Below, piece after piece: positions 25,514-34,840 of a stretch of DNA of 37,091 bases (within the stretch, counting starts at the first letter, position 1; each line of letters opens with the position of its first letter). This DNA comes from a virus (taxonomy: Duplodnaviria; Caudoviricetes). The notes beneath the pieces are model-generated. The model did not search any database. It was not told where the DNA came from and saw only the letters and a program-made list of their open reading frames with translations. The position numbers were made by a program, and so were the translations under genes. The DNA is taken from the IMG/VR virus record IMGVR_UViG_3300017548_000207, positions 1 to 37,091 of that record. One strand, written 5' to 3'.

Positions 25514-25985
25514 CGTTACCGACCTGTCCGGCGTCATTTCCACGCTCGGCATTTTCGTCGATGATGGCACGGTTGGGGCTCCCGACTGGAAATACATCTG
25601 CGCCATCAACTCGCGGTCGTTCAACGAGACGCGCAGCGAGCAGGTGACCAACATCGTGGCCTCCTGCGGTCCCGGTGCAAGCGTCGAGACCTGGCGTGCA
25701 GCCGGCGCGCGGGACTGGACCATCAGCGGGGAGGCCGCTCTGGAACTGGAAGCCTTTGCGCTGTGCCGCCAGTGGATGGAAACGGGCGATCAGAAGACGA
25801 TCCAGATCGTGTTCTACTCGGGCGACAAGAACGCGCTGACGGCTTATGGCTATTACCAGGGACCCGCGGTTCTGCTGGGCTACAACGTCAGCCAGCCCGA
25901 CGCGGACAATATCCCGACCGGAACCATCGACATCAGCAAGGGCGCCGGATCGCTGACTTGGACAATTGGTGCGCCGACGCATTGA
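25506..25985 (+). CDS. Major tail tube protein
   Basis: ICAINSRSF, WTISGE, YYQGPA motifs; GAGG RBS; followed by a terminator. Confidence 0.85.
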   Translation: MADVTDLSGVISTLGIFVDDGTVGAPDWKYICAINSRSFNETRSEQVTNIVASCGPGASVETWRAAGARDWTISGEAALELEAFALCRQWMETGDQKTIQIVFYSGDKNALTAYGYYQGPAVLLGYNVSQPDADNIPTGTIDISKGAGSLTWTIGAPTH

Positions 25986-25990
25986 TGCAG

Positions 25991-26014
25991 AGCGCCCTCG
26001 AGAGGGGGCGTTTT
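25991..26014 (+). terminator. Intrinsic terminator after the tail tube gene
   Basis: GCGCCCTC-GAGA-GGGGGCGT then TTT. Confidence 0.7.
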
Positions 26015-26016
26015 CG

Positions 26017-26643
26017 TTACCATCCGCAACTTTCGCGAAGGGGCTTAATCGCCTCGTCAAGCCCGGAAATTTGGAAGCGCGCGGTCACCGGGGATTCGCC
26101 GTATGGCGTAAACCTCACCAACATAATATCTCCGCCGAGCATGGTCTTTATGAACGGAATCGCGCGTCCGCCTGACCACAGCCCAAGGGAGTCATTGCTA
26201 GTACTGCTATCCATAGGGATTTTTCTAGAACGTGCATCATCAATCCGAACATCAACCGAACCGTAATCATTATATCGGCTCGACGTAAGATGGCATTGCG
26301 TAGAGATATAAATTGCCGTCGAGTTCTCTTGACACCGGAGATATAGCTGAGCGTATCGGGGGCCTGATATTCTTCCGCAATTTATCGGATCATCTGACGC
26401 GACACTCATATAAACGTCTGTGGTGTCCTTAAAGTCAGACTTTTCAACGCGAACACCCCATTTCCCGGTTGGGTTGAGGTTTGTTTCAGTAGGCGTTTTG
26501 CCTGATGCCTTATCATAACACGCCAGCCTATCGAGATCGCTTTCGATCCTGACGCACTCTGCCACATCCGCAGCCGCAGCACCCCCTGCGAATAAAATTC
26601 CGCCTGCGACAGCCAGCGCAGGCCCGACCACAATTCTTCTCAT
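26017..26643 (-). CDS. Exported VasI/TagO-like protein (inverted moron)
   Basis: Signal peptide; C..IE.DLDRLACYD, L.LRCQEN.T and RFTPY.ESP...F...GL..AI.PLR..CGW motifs; AT-richer DNA. Confidence 0.8.
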   Translation of the reverse strand: MRRIVVGPALAVAGGILFAGGAAAADVAECVRIESDLDRLACYDKASGKTPTETNLNPTGKWGVRVEKSDFKDTTDVYMSVASDDPINCGRISGPRYAQLYLRCQENSTAIYISTQCHLTSSRYNDYGSVDVRIDDARSRKIPMDSSTSNDSLGLWSGGRAIPFIKTMLGGDIMLVRFTPYGESPVTARFQISGLDEAIKPLRESCGW

Positions 26644-26655
26644 GTGAGGCCCCCT

Positions 26656-27201
26656 ATGTCAGATAGTCCTGTCCTTCATGCCGACCTTGGTGACGGCAAG
26701 CAACGCCGTTTCTTCCTTGGTGGCGACGAACTTGCCATCATCAAGCGCGAGGCAGGGCGGGGCTTTTACAGCCTGTTCATCAACTTCGGGAAGGACGCAG
26801 AACCAGATGAGGTGCGCGCGGTGCTGCGTTTGGCACTCATTGGCGGGGGGGCTGATCCGTCCGAGGCGGCTGAACTGGTCGCCTATTACGCCACGCCGCC
26901 CCGGCCTCTGAAAACGGCATACTTGATCGCCTACGACTGCCTCTGCGCCGCGTGGAATGGTGCTGAACAGAAAACGGGCGGTAAGCCACTGACTGCGGAG
27001 GAGATGGACCGCTATTTCACCGATCTTGAGGCGGAGTTCGTCAAGGCTGGTGCAGATGTGTCGATCCTTCGCGGCAAGTCCTTCGCGGAAATTCAGGCTC
27101 TGCTCGCTGCGCTGCGTGAGGACAAGAACGCAGCGTCGGCGCCTGACGCTGACACGTTCAACGCCATCAAGGCCAGCACGAGGAAAGGCCGGAAAAGATG
27201 A
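26656..27201 (+). CDS. Tail assembly chaperone (RcGTA gp10-like) with C-terminal extension
   Basis: VR.VLRLALIGGG...EA..LV..Y...RP motif; directly before the tape measure gene. Confidence 0.8.
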   Translation: MSDSPVLHADLGDGKQRRFFLGGDELAIIKREAGRGFYSLFINFGKDAEPDEVRAVLRLALIGGGADPSEAAELVAYYATPPRPLKTAYLIAYDCLCAAWNGAEQKTGGKPLTAEEMDRYFTDLEAEFVKAGADVSILRGKSFAEIQALLAALREDKNAASAPDADTFNAIKASTRKGRKR

Positions 27202-29309
27202 CGGAAGTTGATCGCCTGCGGGTTGTCTACGAACTGCAAGACCAGCAGTATCGCGCTGGCATCCAAAGAATGCGCAATGCCACTCGGGCGACGAGCGACC
27301 AGATTGTTGCGCAGGCAAAGCGGGCGGAGGCCGGTCTTGCTGGCATCGGAAGGGCGTTCGCTGGCGCCTTTTCGGCCGCGGTGCTCGTAGGCGTGTCACA
27401 GAGATTGACCCGCATTGCCGACGCCGCGACCCAAATGCAGAACTCCCTGCGCGTGGTCGGCCTTGAAGGCGCGGAACTGTCGCGTGTCTACGACCAACTG
27501 TTCCGGTCGGCGCAACGGAACTCGGCCCCCATTTCATCGCTGGTTGACCTTTATTCCAAACTGGCCTTGACCCAGAAGGAATTGGGCGTCACCGGGGACG
27601 AACTGATCCGGTTTACGGATGGCATTGCGGTCGCACTCAAGGTGGCCGGAACGGATGCGACTGCTGCCAGCGGGTCGCTCTTGCAGCTTTCGCAGGCGCT
27701 CGGCGGTGGTGTGGTCAGGGCCGAAGAATTCAACTCCATGCTCGAGGGCACCCCGACCATCGTCCAAGCGGTGGCTAGGGGGCTTAAAGAGGCGAATGGC
27801 TCTGTGGCCGAGCTTCGCAAGCTGGTGAATGAAGGGAAGGTGTCCAGTACCGCATACTTCCGGGCGTTCGAGGTCGGGTCAGAGGAACTCCGGCGGCAGG
27901 CGGAAACGTCGCAGACCACAGTCGGGCAGGCGTTCACACAGCTGGGCAATAGCCTCGTGACCGTCGTTGGGGAGTTCGACAAGGCCACGGGCGCGTCGGG
28001 CCAGTTTGCGCAAGGTCTCAGCAATCTGGCGAACGGGATCGACTCTTTCGACGCCGAAGGGTTTATTTCCAAGATCCAGCGCATCGCAGATGCAATCCGT
28101 GATGCTGATGAAGCGGGAACGGCCTGGCTGAACTCAATCGGGAATTCTGACTTTTTCAAGAGCGATACCGACGCAGAAGAATGGTTCAACCGAGTCACGA
28201 ACCCGGATGTGGGGGAGGCCCAGGACAAGATCAATCTGCTCGAACGCGAGATCGAAACCCTCCAAGCTGCCATCGAGAACGATACCCGGCTGGGCTTCGA
28301 CAACAGCGAGGCTCTGTCTCGTTTGGCAGAGGTCCGCGCGGAACTTGCCGCCGTGCGCGCCGAAGCCGCCGCGCTTCCCTCGTATTTCCCGGGGGCCAAC
28401 ATGATGAACACCGGGACGTTCATCGGCTTGGACGGCTACACCCCGCCGCCGTCTGCGCCAAGTGTCGAGCCGGTCAGCATTGCCGATCACCCAGCCGCGC
28501 CCAGCAAGGGCGGCTCCAGGGGTCGCAAGAGGGGCGGCTCTGGCGGCCGCAGCCGCAAAGAACAACTGGATGACTACGCCAAGGAGGTAAAGGCAATCCG
28601 TGAACGCACTGCGGCACTGGAAACCGAAGCTGCGTCCCTGTTGCTTGTAGCGGCAAGCGGCGAGGATTATGGCGATGCGCTGGAATATGCCCGGAAGCGC
28701 GCCGAACTCCTGCACGCTGCCCAGAAGGCTGGAAAGCAGATCACCCCGGAATTGAGCGCGGAAATCGACCAACTCGCGCAATCCTATGTCACCGCCGGTC
28801 TGAACGCCGAACAGGCTGCCGAGAAGCTGGACCAGATCAAGGGGGCGACCGAGCGCGGCAAGAATGCGCTGGAAGATATGTTCGGATCGATCATCGACGG
28901 ATCGGCCTCGGCCAAGGATGCGGTGGCTTCTCTCCTGGCAGAGATCGCCAAAGCGCAGGTGATCAAGGGCATCATGGCCCTGCCGGGCATGGGGAGCCTT
29001 TCCAACGCCATCGGTGGGCTGCTGTCCTTCGACGGAGGCGGCTTCACAGGCCATGGCTCGCGCAGCGGCGGCATCGATGGCCGGGGCGGCTTTCCAGCGA
29101 TCCTGCACCCCAACGAGACGGTGATTGACCATACACGCGGGCAGGGCGGTATCGCCCCCAAGATCACCATCAACAACAACGCCCCCGGCGCGACGGTATC
29201 GGCCGACTACGTGACCCGGGACGAGGTGATACTGACCGTTTCGCAGGCCATCGCCTCGAGCAATCGCCGCCAGTCCGACAAGAAGTATCTGGCGATGGGG
29301 GTCCGCTGA
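27198..29309 (+). CDS. Tail tape measure protein
   Basis: 703 aa, Ala-rich helical; QLSQALGGGVVRAEEFNS; C-terminal FDGGGFTG...AILHPNE. Confidence 0.95.
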   Translation: MTEVDRLRVVYELQDQQYRAGIQRMRNATRATSDQIVAQAKRAEAGLAGIGRAFAGAFSAAVLVGVSQRLTRIADAATQMQNSLRVVGLEGAELSRVYDQLFRSAQRNSAPISSLVDLYSKLALTQKELGVTGDELIRFTDGIAVALKVAGTDATAASGSLLQLSQALGGGVVRAEEFNSMLEGTPTIVQAVARGLKEANGSVAELRKLVNEGKVSSTAYFRAFEVGSEELRRQAETSQTTVGQAFTQLGNSLVTVVGEFDKATGASGQFAQGLSNLANGIDSFDAEGFISKIQRIADAIRDADEAGTAWLNSIGNSDFFKSDTDAEEWFNRVTNPDVGEAQDKINLLEREIETLQAAIENDTRLGFDNSEALSRLAEVRAELAAVRAEAAALPSYFPGANMMNTGTFIGLDGYTPPPSAPSVEPVSIADHPAAPSKGGSRGRKRGGSGGRSRKEQLDDYAKEVKAIRERTAALETEAASLLLVAASGEDYGDALEYARKRAELLHAAQKAGKQITPELSAEIDQLAQSYVTAGLNAEQAAEKLDQIKGATERGKNALEDMFGSIIDGSASAKDAVASLLAEIAKAQVIKGIMALPGMGSLSNAIGGLLSFDGGGFTGHGSRSGGIDGRGGFPAILHPNETVIDHTRGQGGIAPKITINNNAPGATVSADYVTRDEVILTVSQAIASSNRRQSDKKYLAMGVR

Positions 29310-29971
29310 TGCAGGTCTCGTTTCCATACCCGGTAAAGCTGCAATCGTCGGTGCCGCGGCTTGAAGGGCTGCGCTTCCAGCCCTTCACCAACATCGACAG
29401 CGAGACCTTCGGCAAGCCAGCGCTGAACGGTTTCTGGCGGTTGAACATGACGGTGCTGGCCCATGACATGCAGTCGCACCTGGCGCTGTCATCGTTCATC
29501 ACCCAGATGAGCGCGGCCGGCACCACCTGCGTTGTCCCGGTCTGCACGCAATGGCGCCCGAACGACGATCATGGCCGGCAGCTGACCGGTTGCGACATGG
29601 CCCCAGCCTATACCTTCGATCATGTCGGCTTCCTCGGTGAGCCCTTCGACGGCTTCACCCTGCGCGCTGCGGCAGCTCACCGGGCCAGCTATATCGACAT
29701 CAACAAGCCGGCCCTGTCGCAGCTCTGGCCCGGCATGTTCATTTCGCTGGGCGACCGCCTGCATCAGGTGGTCAACACTACATCAATCGGGGAGAGTGAG
29801 ACGGCGATCCGGGTTTCGATCATGCCGAACGTTCGCGAGGCGCAGCCCATCGGCACCGTGGTGATCGTGGATCAGCTGCGGCTCAAGTGCATGATGGAGT
29901 CCGGAGACCAGATCGGTGTGACCACGGGCCGGTTCCAGTCCTCGGCCCTGTCCTTTGTGGAGGCGTTCTGA
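29309..29971 (+). CDS. Distal tail protein
   Basis: Follows the tape measure gene, TGATG-coupled, ends FVEAF. Confidence 0.7.
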   Translation: MQVSFPYPVKLQSSVPRLEGLRFQPFTNIDSETFGKPALNGFWRLNMTVLAHDMQSHLALSSFITQMSAAGTTCVVPVCTQWRPNDDHGRQLTGCDMAPAYTFDHVGFLGEPFDGFTLRAAAAHRASYIDINKPALSQLWPGMFISLGDRLHQVVNTTSIGESETAIRVSIMPNVREAQPIGTVVIVDQLRLKCMMESGDQIGVTTGRFQSSALSFVEAF

Positions 29972-30558
29972 TGCCCGACATCCACGACATACCGGACGAG
30001 GTGCTGCGCCGGGGCGTTACGGGCTGCACGATCCTGTGCCAGATGGACTTCAAGACGAACCCAAAGAACTGGTGGCTGGGCTATGGGCCGCTGACGGCGG
30101 GCGGAGTCGAGTATCAGGGCACCGGCGACGTGATCCAGATCAGCGCCATGGAACTGACCTACGGCATGAGTGCCGGAATGGTGCGGTTCACCATTCCGAA
30201 CGCCTCGCCCGAAATGATCGCGCTTTGCGACAACCAGGGTTCCGAGGTCAACGGGCGTCGGGTGCAGGTGCTCTATCAGCTGTTCGCGACAGACGAGCAT
30301 GATGGCGAGCACCGCGGCCGGCTGATCGGCGATCCGATAAGCGTGTTCGTGGGGCGGATGAAGGACATGACCAGCACGTCCAGCGCCGACAGCCGCACCA
30401 TCGAACTGGAATGCTACGGCCGCATGTCGCAGCAGGGCAAGCCGCCTTACGGGCGCTGGACCCATACCGACCAGCAGCGGCGCTATTCCGGCGATACCGG
30501 GCTGGAGCTGCTGCCGACGCTCAAGGACAAGGCGATCACATGGGTGCCAGGGACGTGA
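29971..30558 (+). CDS. Tail hub / baseplate protein
   Basis: W.G.G.L...G..Y.G.G and T..DQQRRY.GD.G motifs. Confidence 0.75.
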   Translation: MPDIHDIPDEVLRRGVTGCTILCQMDFKTNPKNWWLGYGPLTAGGVEYQGTGDVIQISAMELTYGMSAGMVRFTIPNASPEMIALCDNQGSEVNGRRVQVLYQLFATDEHDGEHRGRLIGDPISVFVGRMKDMTSTSSADSRTIELECYGRMSQQGKPPYGRWTHTDQQRRYSGDTGLELLPTLKDKAITWVPGT

Positions 30559-30953
30559 TCCGTCCCGCCACGATGCAGGATATTCCCCGCATCATCGACC
30601 TGATCGAGAAACTGGCGGCGGCGGTGAACGGTCTGACTGTGGACCGGATCAAGACCGGGGAGACGCTGGCCGGTCTGCTGGTCGATCCGGATGGCGTGGT
30701 TCTGGTGTCCGGGGGCGGGTTCATCGCCGGGCGGGTTGCCGAGACCTTCATCAACCGGGACCGGGTGGCGTTCGAGATGGGCTGGTTTGCTGAGGATCGT
30801 TCCGGCCTGCGTTTGCTGCGGGCCTTCGAGGCGTGGGCGCGGGAACGGGGCGCTTCGATGATCGCCATGTCCTGCGCTGGAGGCACGGCACGGCGCATCC
30901 TGGAGCGCGCAGGCTATGAAGCCAAGGAAATCAAGATGGTGAAGCGGGCATGA
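30555..30953 (+). CDS. GNAT-family acetyltransferase-like protein in the tail module
   Basis: MIRPAT..DIP.I, G.RLLRAFEAWARERGA, LERAGY; GTGA/ATGA coupled on both sides. Confidence 0.8.
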   Translation: MIRPATMQDIPRIIDLIEKLAAAVNGLTVDRIKTGETLAGLLVDPDGVVLVSGGGFIAGRVAETFINRDRVAFEMGWFAEDRSGLRLLRAFEAWARERGASMIAMSCAGGTARRILERAGYEAKEIKMVKRA

Positions 30954-33019
30954 TTTTTTCGTTGATCGGCCAGGGGATTGCATGGCTGGGCGGATTCCTC
31001 GGCGCGGCCGCCGGCATGTCGTTCAGTGCGGCGGTGACGTTCGGCACCTATGCCGGAACCATCGGCGCGGCTGCCGTCGCCATCGGCGTGTCGCGGCTGC
31101 TGGCGCCGAAGATCAACGTCCCGGTCTCGGAAATCCAGGCCGTGATCAACCAGACCACGGCCGCGCGCCGGGTCTATGTCGGCAAGAACCTCGCGGGCGG
31201 CATCCGGGCTTTCTTCCACTCGAAGGAAGGCACTCTCTACCAGCTGGTGGTGGTCAACCATGGGGCGATCAGCAGTTTCGTGGAGTTCTGGATCGATGGC
31301 GAGCCGGCTGCGGTCGATGGTTCGGGGGCAGTCACCAGCACCGACAAGGCCGGCTACGTCACGGTCGGCACGCGGAACGGCTCGGGGCAAGGCGGCAACT
31401 ATTCCACGCTCGCAACAGCCTTCCCGGCCACCTGGGGCCCGGACCGGCGGCTGCAGAACCAGGCCACGTTCCTGGTCATGTCCAAGGCGCCGAAGGCCGA
31501 GGATTTCGCCAAGGTCTTTCCGAAGTCCTACAACACCACGTTCCAGTATGTAATCGAGGGACAGGCGATCTTTGACTCGCGCAGCGACACCACCGCCTAT
31601 GACGACAATGCCGCGCTGGTGATCGCCCATTACCTGACCCATGCCGACGGCTACCGGCTTGCATCGGCCGAGATGGATTGGGCAAGCGTCGAGGCCATGG
31701 CCGATGTGGCCGACCTGCCGATTCCGCAGAAGGCGGGCGGCACGGCGCCGAACCTGCGCCTGTGGGGCTATTGGACGCTGGACGAGGGGCCGGTGGATGT
31801 GCTGGATCGCATGCACGCCAGCAGCGGCATCCGGGCCTATGAGGCGCAGGATGGCCGGATCGGGCTGATCGGAGGCAACTACGGCACGCCGGCCTGTACG
31901 ATCACCGCCAAGGACATTTCGTCCATCACCACGAAGGAGGCGATCAGCGAGCGCGAGGGCTATAACGTCCTGATCCCGTTCTTTCTGAGCGAGGAACAGA
32001 AATTCGAGCTCACCGAACTGGAGCCGTGGCGCGACGAGGATCGGTTGGCCGAGGAGGGAGAAATCTCGGCCGAATACCGCATGGAGATGTGCCCGAACCA
32101 GTCGCAGGCGCGGCGCCTGGGCAAGAAGCAGCTTGCCGACGGCAACCGGGCCAAGGTCGAGATCGTCACCAACCTGGTCGGCCTGAAGGCTCGCTATCCG
32201 CGCTACCCGGGTCAGCGGCATACCATCCTGCTGGACTATCGCCCCGAGGATGGCAGCGGCCGCGAGATCGTCGGCGAATACGAGGTGCTGAACCATCAGT
32301 TCGACCCGATCAACCTGGAGTGCCGGATCGAGCTGGGCGCCGTGGATCGCACCTCGGAGGAATGGGACCCGGAGGATGAGGGTGAGTTGATCACCGTCCC
32401 GCCGACGCCGGAGCTCGACCCGCCGCCCGAACTGAGCGCGGTGGTGACGCAGCGGATCATCATCACCAGCGCGGAAAACCGGCAGGCCCAGATCGAGGTG
32501 GCGGCGACGCCGGTTCCGGGGCGGGACGATCTGGAGTTGCAGGCCGAGTATCGGCGCGCCGGGCCGTTGCCGCTTTGGGAGCGCATGGTCAGTTCCGGCC
32601 TGACCGCCCGGTCGGACGCGGTCGAGGACGGGGCGGTCTATTCGGTGCGCGCCCGCTGGGTCGGATCGTTCGACGGGGTCGATGAGTGGGAGGACCTCGG
32701 CAATATCACCATCGTCGCTTATGCCACCCCGCCCGGCCAGCCGACCGCGCTGATCCCCTCGAACGGCACCGGCTATGTCCATCTCTCCTGGCGCAACCCG
32801 TCGGGCGAGTTTGCCCGGCTGCGGGTCTATCGCAACATCGCCAACGATTTCTCGACCGCGACGATGATCGGAACCACCGGGGGCGTAGCGGGACAGATCT
32901 CGGAATACCAGGATGACGCGATCAGCGCGGCCACGGACTATTGGTATTGGGTCGCGGCCGCGAACGCCTCCGGGATCGAAGGCGCGCCGGCGGGCCCTGC
33001 GACCATCACCACGCCCTGA
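30950..33019 (+). CDS. Central tail tip / host-specificity protein with fibronectin-III-like C-terminus
   Basis: 689 aa; RR.YVG, DNAAL.IAHYL, QARRL.K; FN3-like LSW.NP...YWYWV.A.N.SG. Confidence 0.85.
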   Translation: MIFSLIGQGIAWLGGFLGAAAGMSFSAAVTFGTYAGTIGAAAVAIGVSRLLAPKINVPVSEIQAVINQTTAARRVYVGKNLAGGIRAFFHSKEGTLYQLVVVNHGAISSFVEFWIDGEPAAVDGSGAVTSTDKAGYVTVGTRNGSGQGGNYSTLATAFPATWGPDRRLQNQATFLVMSKAPKAEDFAKVFPKSYNTTFQYVIEGQAIFDSRSDTTAYDDNAALVIAHYLTHADGYRLASAEMDWASVEAMADVADLPIPQKAGGTAPNLRLWGYWTLDEGPVDVLDRMHASSGIRAYEAQDGRIGLIGGNYGTPACTITAKDISSITTKEAISEREGYNVLIPFFLSEEQKFELTELEPWRDEDRLAEEGEISAEYRMEMCPNQSQARRLGKKQLADGNRAKVEIVTNLVGLKARYPRYPGQRHTILLDYRPEDGSGREIVGEYEVLNHQFDPINLECRIELGAVDRTSEEWDPEDEGELITVPPTPELDPPPELSAVVTQRIIITSAENRQAQIEVAATPVPGRDDLELQAEYRRAGPLPLWERMVSSGLTARSDAVEDGAVYSVRARWVGSFDGVDEWEDLGNITIVAYATPPGQPTALIPSNGTGYVHLSWRNPSGEFARLRVYRNIANDFSTATMIGTTGGVAGQISEYQDDAISAATDYWYWVAAANASGIEGAPAGPATITTP

Positions 33020-33041
33020 CGCGGGCAAATCTCTGACCGAC

Positions 33042-33067
33042 AGGCTCGCCTCGCGCGGGCCTTTTTT
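33042..33067 (+). terminator. Intrinsic terminator before the fibre cassette
   Basis: AGGCTCGC-CTCGC-GCGGGCCT then TTTTT. Confidence 0.7.
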
Positions 33068-33079
33068 CATGGAGGGGCA

Positions 33080-34840
33080 ATGCCTTTCGTTGACGAAGTA
33101 AACCTGCGCCTGCGCGACCATATGGGCTATAGCGGCGATGGACAGGGCGGCGTGGGCAGCCTGCCCGTTGGCGACCGGTCCACGGCGCGCAAGCCCCTCG
33201 ACAAGCTGGATCTGCGCTACCTGTTCATAAACCTCGCCCAGACCATGGGCGACCCGTCGGCGCTGGAGGATATCCTGACGCTGCTCGGTATCTCCAGCCT
33301 GGTGCCGCTGGTCAACGTAGCCGGGACCGGCGACGCGATCACCGCCGACCTGCATCCGTTCGCGGTGTCGTCGGGGGTGACGGTGACGAACCAGACGGTG
33401 GCGATCCTGGTCCCGACCGCCGCCAATACCGGCAACGTAACACTCACCGTCAGCGGGGACGCGACGCGCCGGCTGCTCGACAATGCCGGTGGCGAACTGG
33501 CGCCCGGCTACCTGCAGCCGAACCGGATCCTCATCGTGCGCCGCCATCTCGGCGGGACCCCGGGTCACTGGCGCGTCCTCAACGATGTGTCGCAGGCCGA
33601 CCTGCTGACGCTGCTGGCAACCATCCGCGGCGAAATCCAGATCGGCAGCCAGGAGCCGCAGACCTTGGCAGCTCTGGCCGAACAGCGCGCGCAGGCAGCC
33701 GAGTCCACGGCGCGGCTTAACTTCGAAACCCTCCAATACCTGACGGGCCGGATCGAGGCCCTGGAAACCGGCGCATCTCAACAGGAGCAACTGATGACGA
33801 CCTATGCCCTCGCCGCGACGGCGACCACTTCCGCTGCCGTTCTGGTGGCCGCCGGCCCGGTGACGGATCTGAAATTGGTGAACAAGAGCGACAGCGAGAC
33901 CGTGGGGGTGGCCTTCGGCACCGCACCGGCGACGGTCTCGGACGCATCGGTGCTGCCGCTCGGCCCGGGCGGCGCGCTCGACCTCGACACCATTCCCGCC
34001 ACGCCGATCTATGTCATCGCCTCCGGAACCGCAGACGTGTCGGGGAATTTCTCGGTGCCGCTCAACGAGCCGAACCCGAACTGGGAGACGGATTTTCAGG
34101 GGCTCATCAGCCGCATGGTCTCGGCAGGCGCGACGACGCCGACGCTGCCATGGCAGGACGCCTATCGCCGGCTCTACTCGGCGCTGCGGCGCGACGGCAT
34201 CATTGCTCTCCAGCCGGGCCTGTTCGTCCTCGCCGCGCACCATGCCGACGCCGCCCGGGTCAACTGGGGCGGCAGCAATGCCATGACCATCGGCGCGGGA
34301 TCGCCGACCTTCACGGCCAAGCGCGGCTTTGCCTATGACGGCACCAGCTATCACCATACGGGCGTGACGCTCGGCACCGGCGGCGCGGGCGTCTCGACCC
34401 TGAATGCGGCGGCAGGCGTCTGGCCCTGGACCGAGGTGCAGGGCGCGGGAAAGGCGGCAGTGGGCGATGGCTTCTTCGAGCTTCAGCCGAACCGGAGCGC
34501 CACCGAGGCCGGGGTGCGCGGCTGGTATCCGGTCAGTTCGACCGAGGTCGCGGCCGGAGCCGGCCTGATCGGCGGGTTCCTTGGCGCGAGCCGCTTTGCC
34601 GAGGACCGGTTCACCATCCATCTGCCGGGCGGCGCCGGCGAGGTGAAGATGCAAGCCCGTGTCATGACCTATGCCGCCCGGCCGGTCTTCCTCGGCGCGA
34701 CCAACAGCGCCAGCGGCGTGGCGAAGAACTATACCGGCACCGTGCGCGCGGCCATGTTCGGCCATGGCCTCAACGCGGTGCAGATGCTGGCCGCGCAGGC
34801 CGCCATGTCGCGCTACTTCAAGCAGATCGAGGCCCTCTGA
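33080..34840 (+). CDS. Tail fibre / receptor-binding protein (modular, beta-rich C-terminus)
   Basis: 586 aa; N-terminal anchor LP.GD.ST; P.AANTG.VTL.V fibre motif; coiled linker; lectin-like C-terminus; GGAGG RBS. Confidence 0.7.
   Translation: MPFVDEVNLRLRDHMGYSGDGQGGVGSLPVGDRSTARKPLDKLDLRYLFINLAQTMGDPSALEDILTLLGISSLVPLVNVAGTGDAITADLHPFAVSSGVTVTNQTVAILVPTAANTGNVTLTVSGDATRRLLDNAGGELAPGYLQPNRILIVRRHLGGTPGHWRVLNDVSQADLLTLLATIRGEIQIGSQEPQTLAALAEQRAQAAESTARLNFETLQYLTGRIEALETGASQQEQLMTTYALAATATTSAAVLVAAGPVTDLKLVNKSDSETVGVAFGTAPATVSDASVLPLGPGGALDLDTIPATPIYVIASGTADVSGNFSVPLNEPNPNWETDFQGLISRMVSAGATTPTLPWQDAYRRLYSALRRDGIIALQPGLFVLAAHHADAARVNWGGSNAMTIGAGSPTFTAKRGFAYDGTSYHHTGVTLGTGGAGVSTLNAAAGVWPWTEVQGAGKAAVGDGFFELQPNRSATEAGVRGWYPVSSTEVAAGAGLIGGFLGASRFAEDRFTIHLPGGAGEVKMQARVMTYAARPVFLGATNSASGVAKNYTGTVRAAMFGHGLNAVQMLAAQAAMSRYFKQIEAL

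Noticed and set aside
26845-26851. G7 run as a programmed frameshift site in the chaperone
   Set aside because: Encodes the conserved LIGGG motif mid-domain; a -1 shift would stop almost immediately and truncate the fold
24715-27201. Gene transfer agent cluster
   Set aside because: GTA-like tail genes are embedded in a complete prophage with integrase, repressor and replication genes, and the head module is not RcGTA-type
30914-34765. 1283-aa minus-strand ORF (and similar ones at 21033-23213, 34813-36270, 8936-10201, 28134-29327)
   Set aside because: Antisense shadows of GC3-rich phage genes; no motifs, and they fully overlap well-supported plus-strand genes
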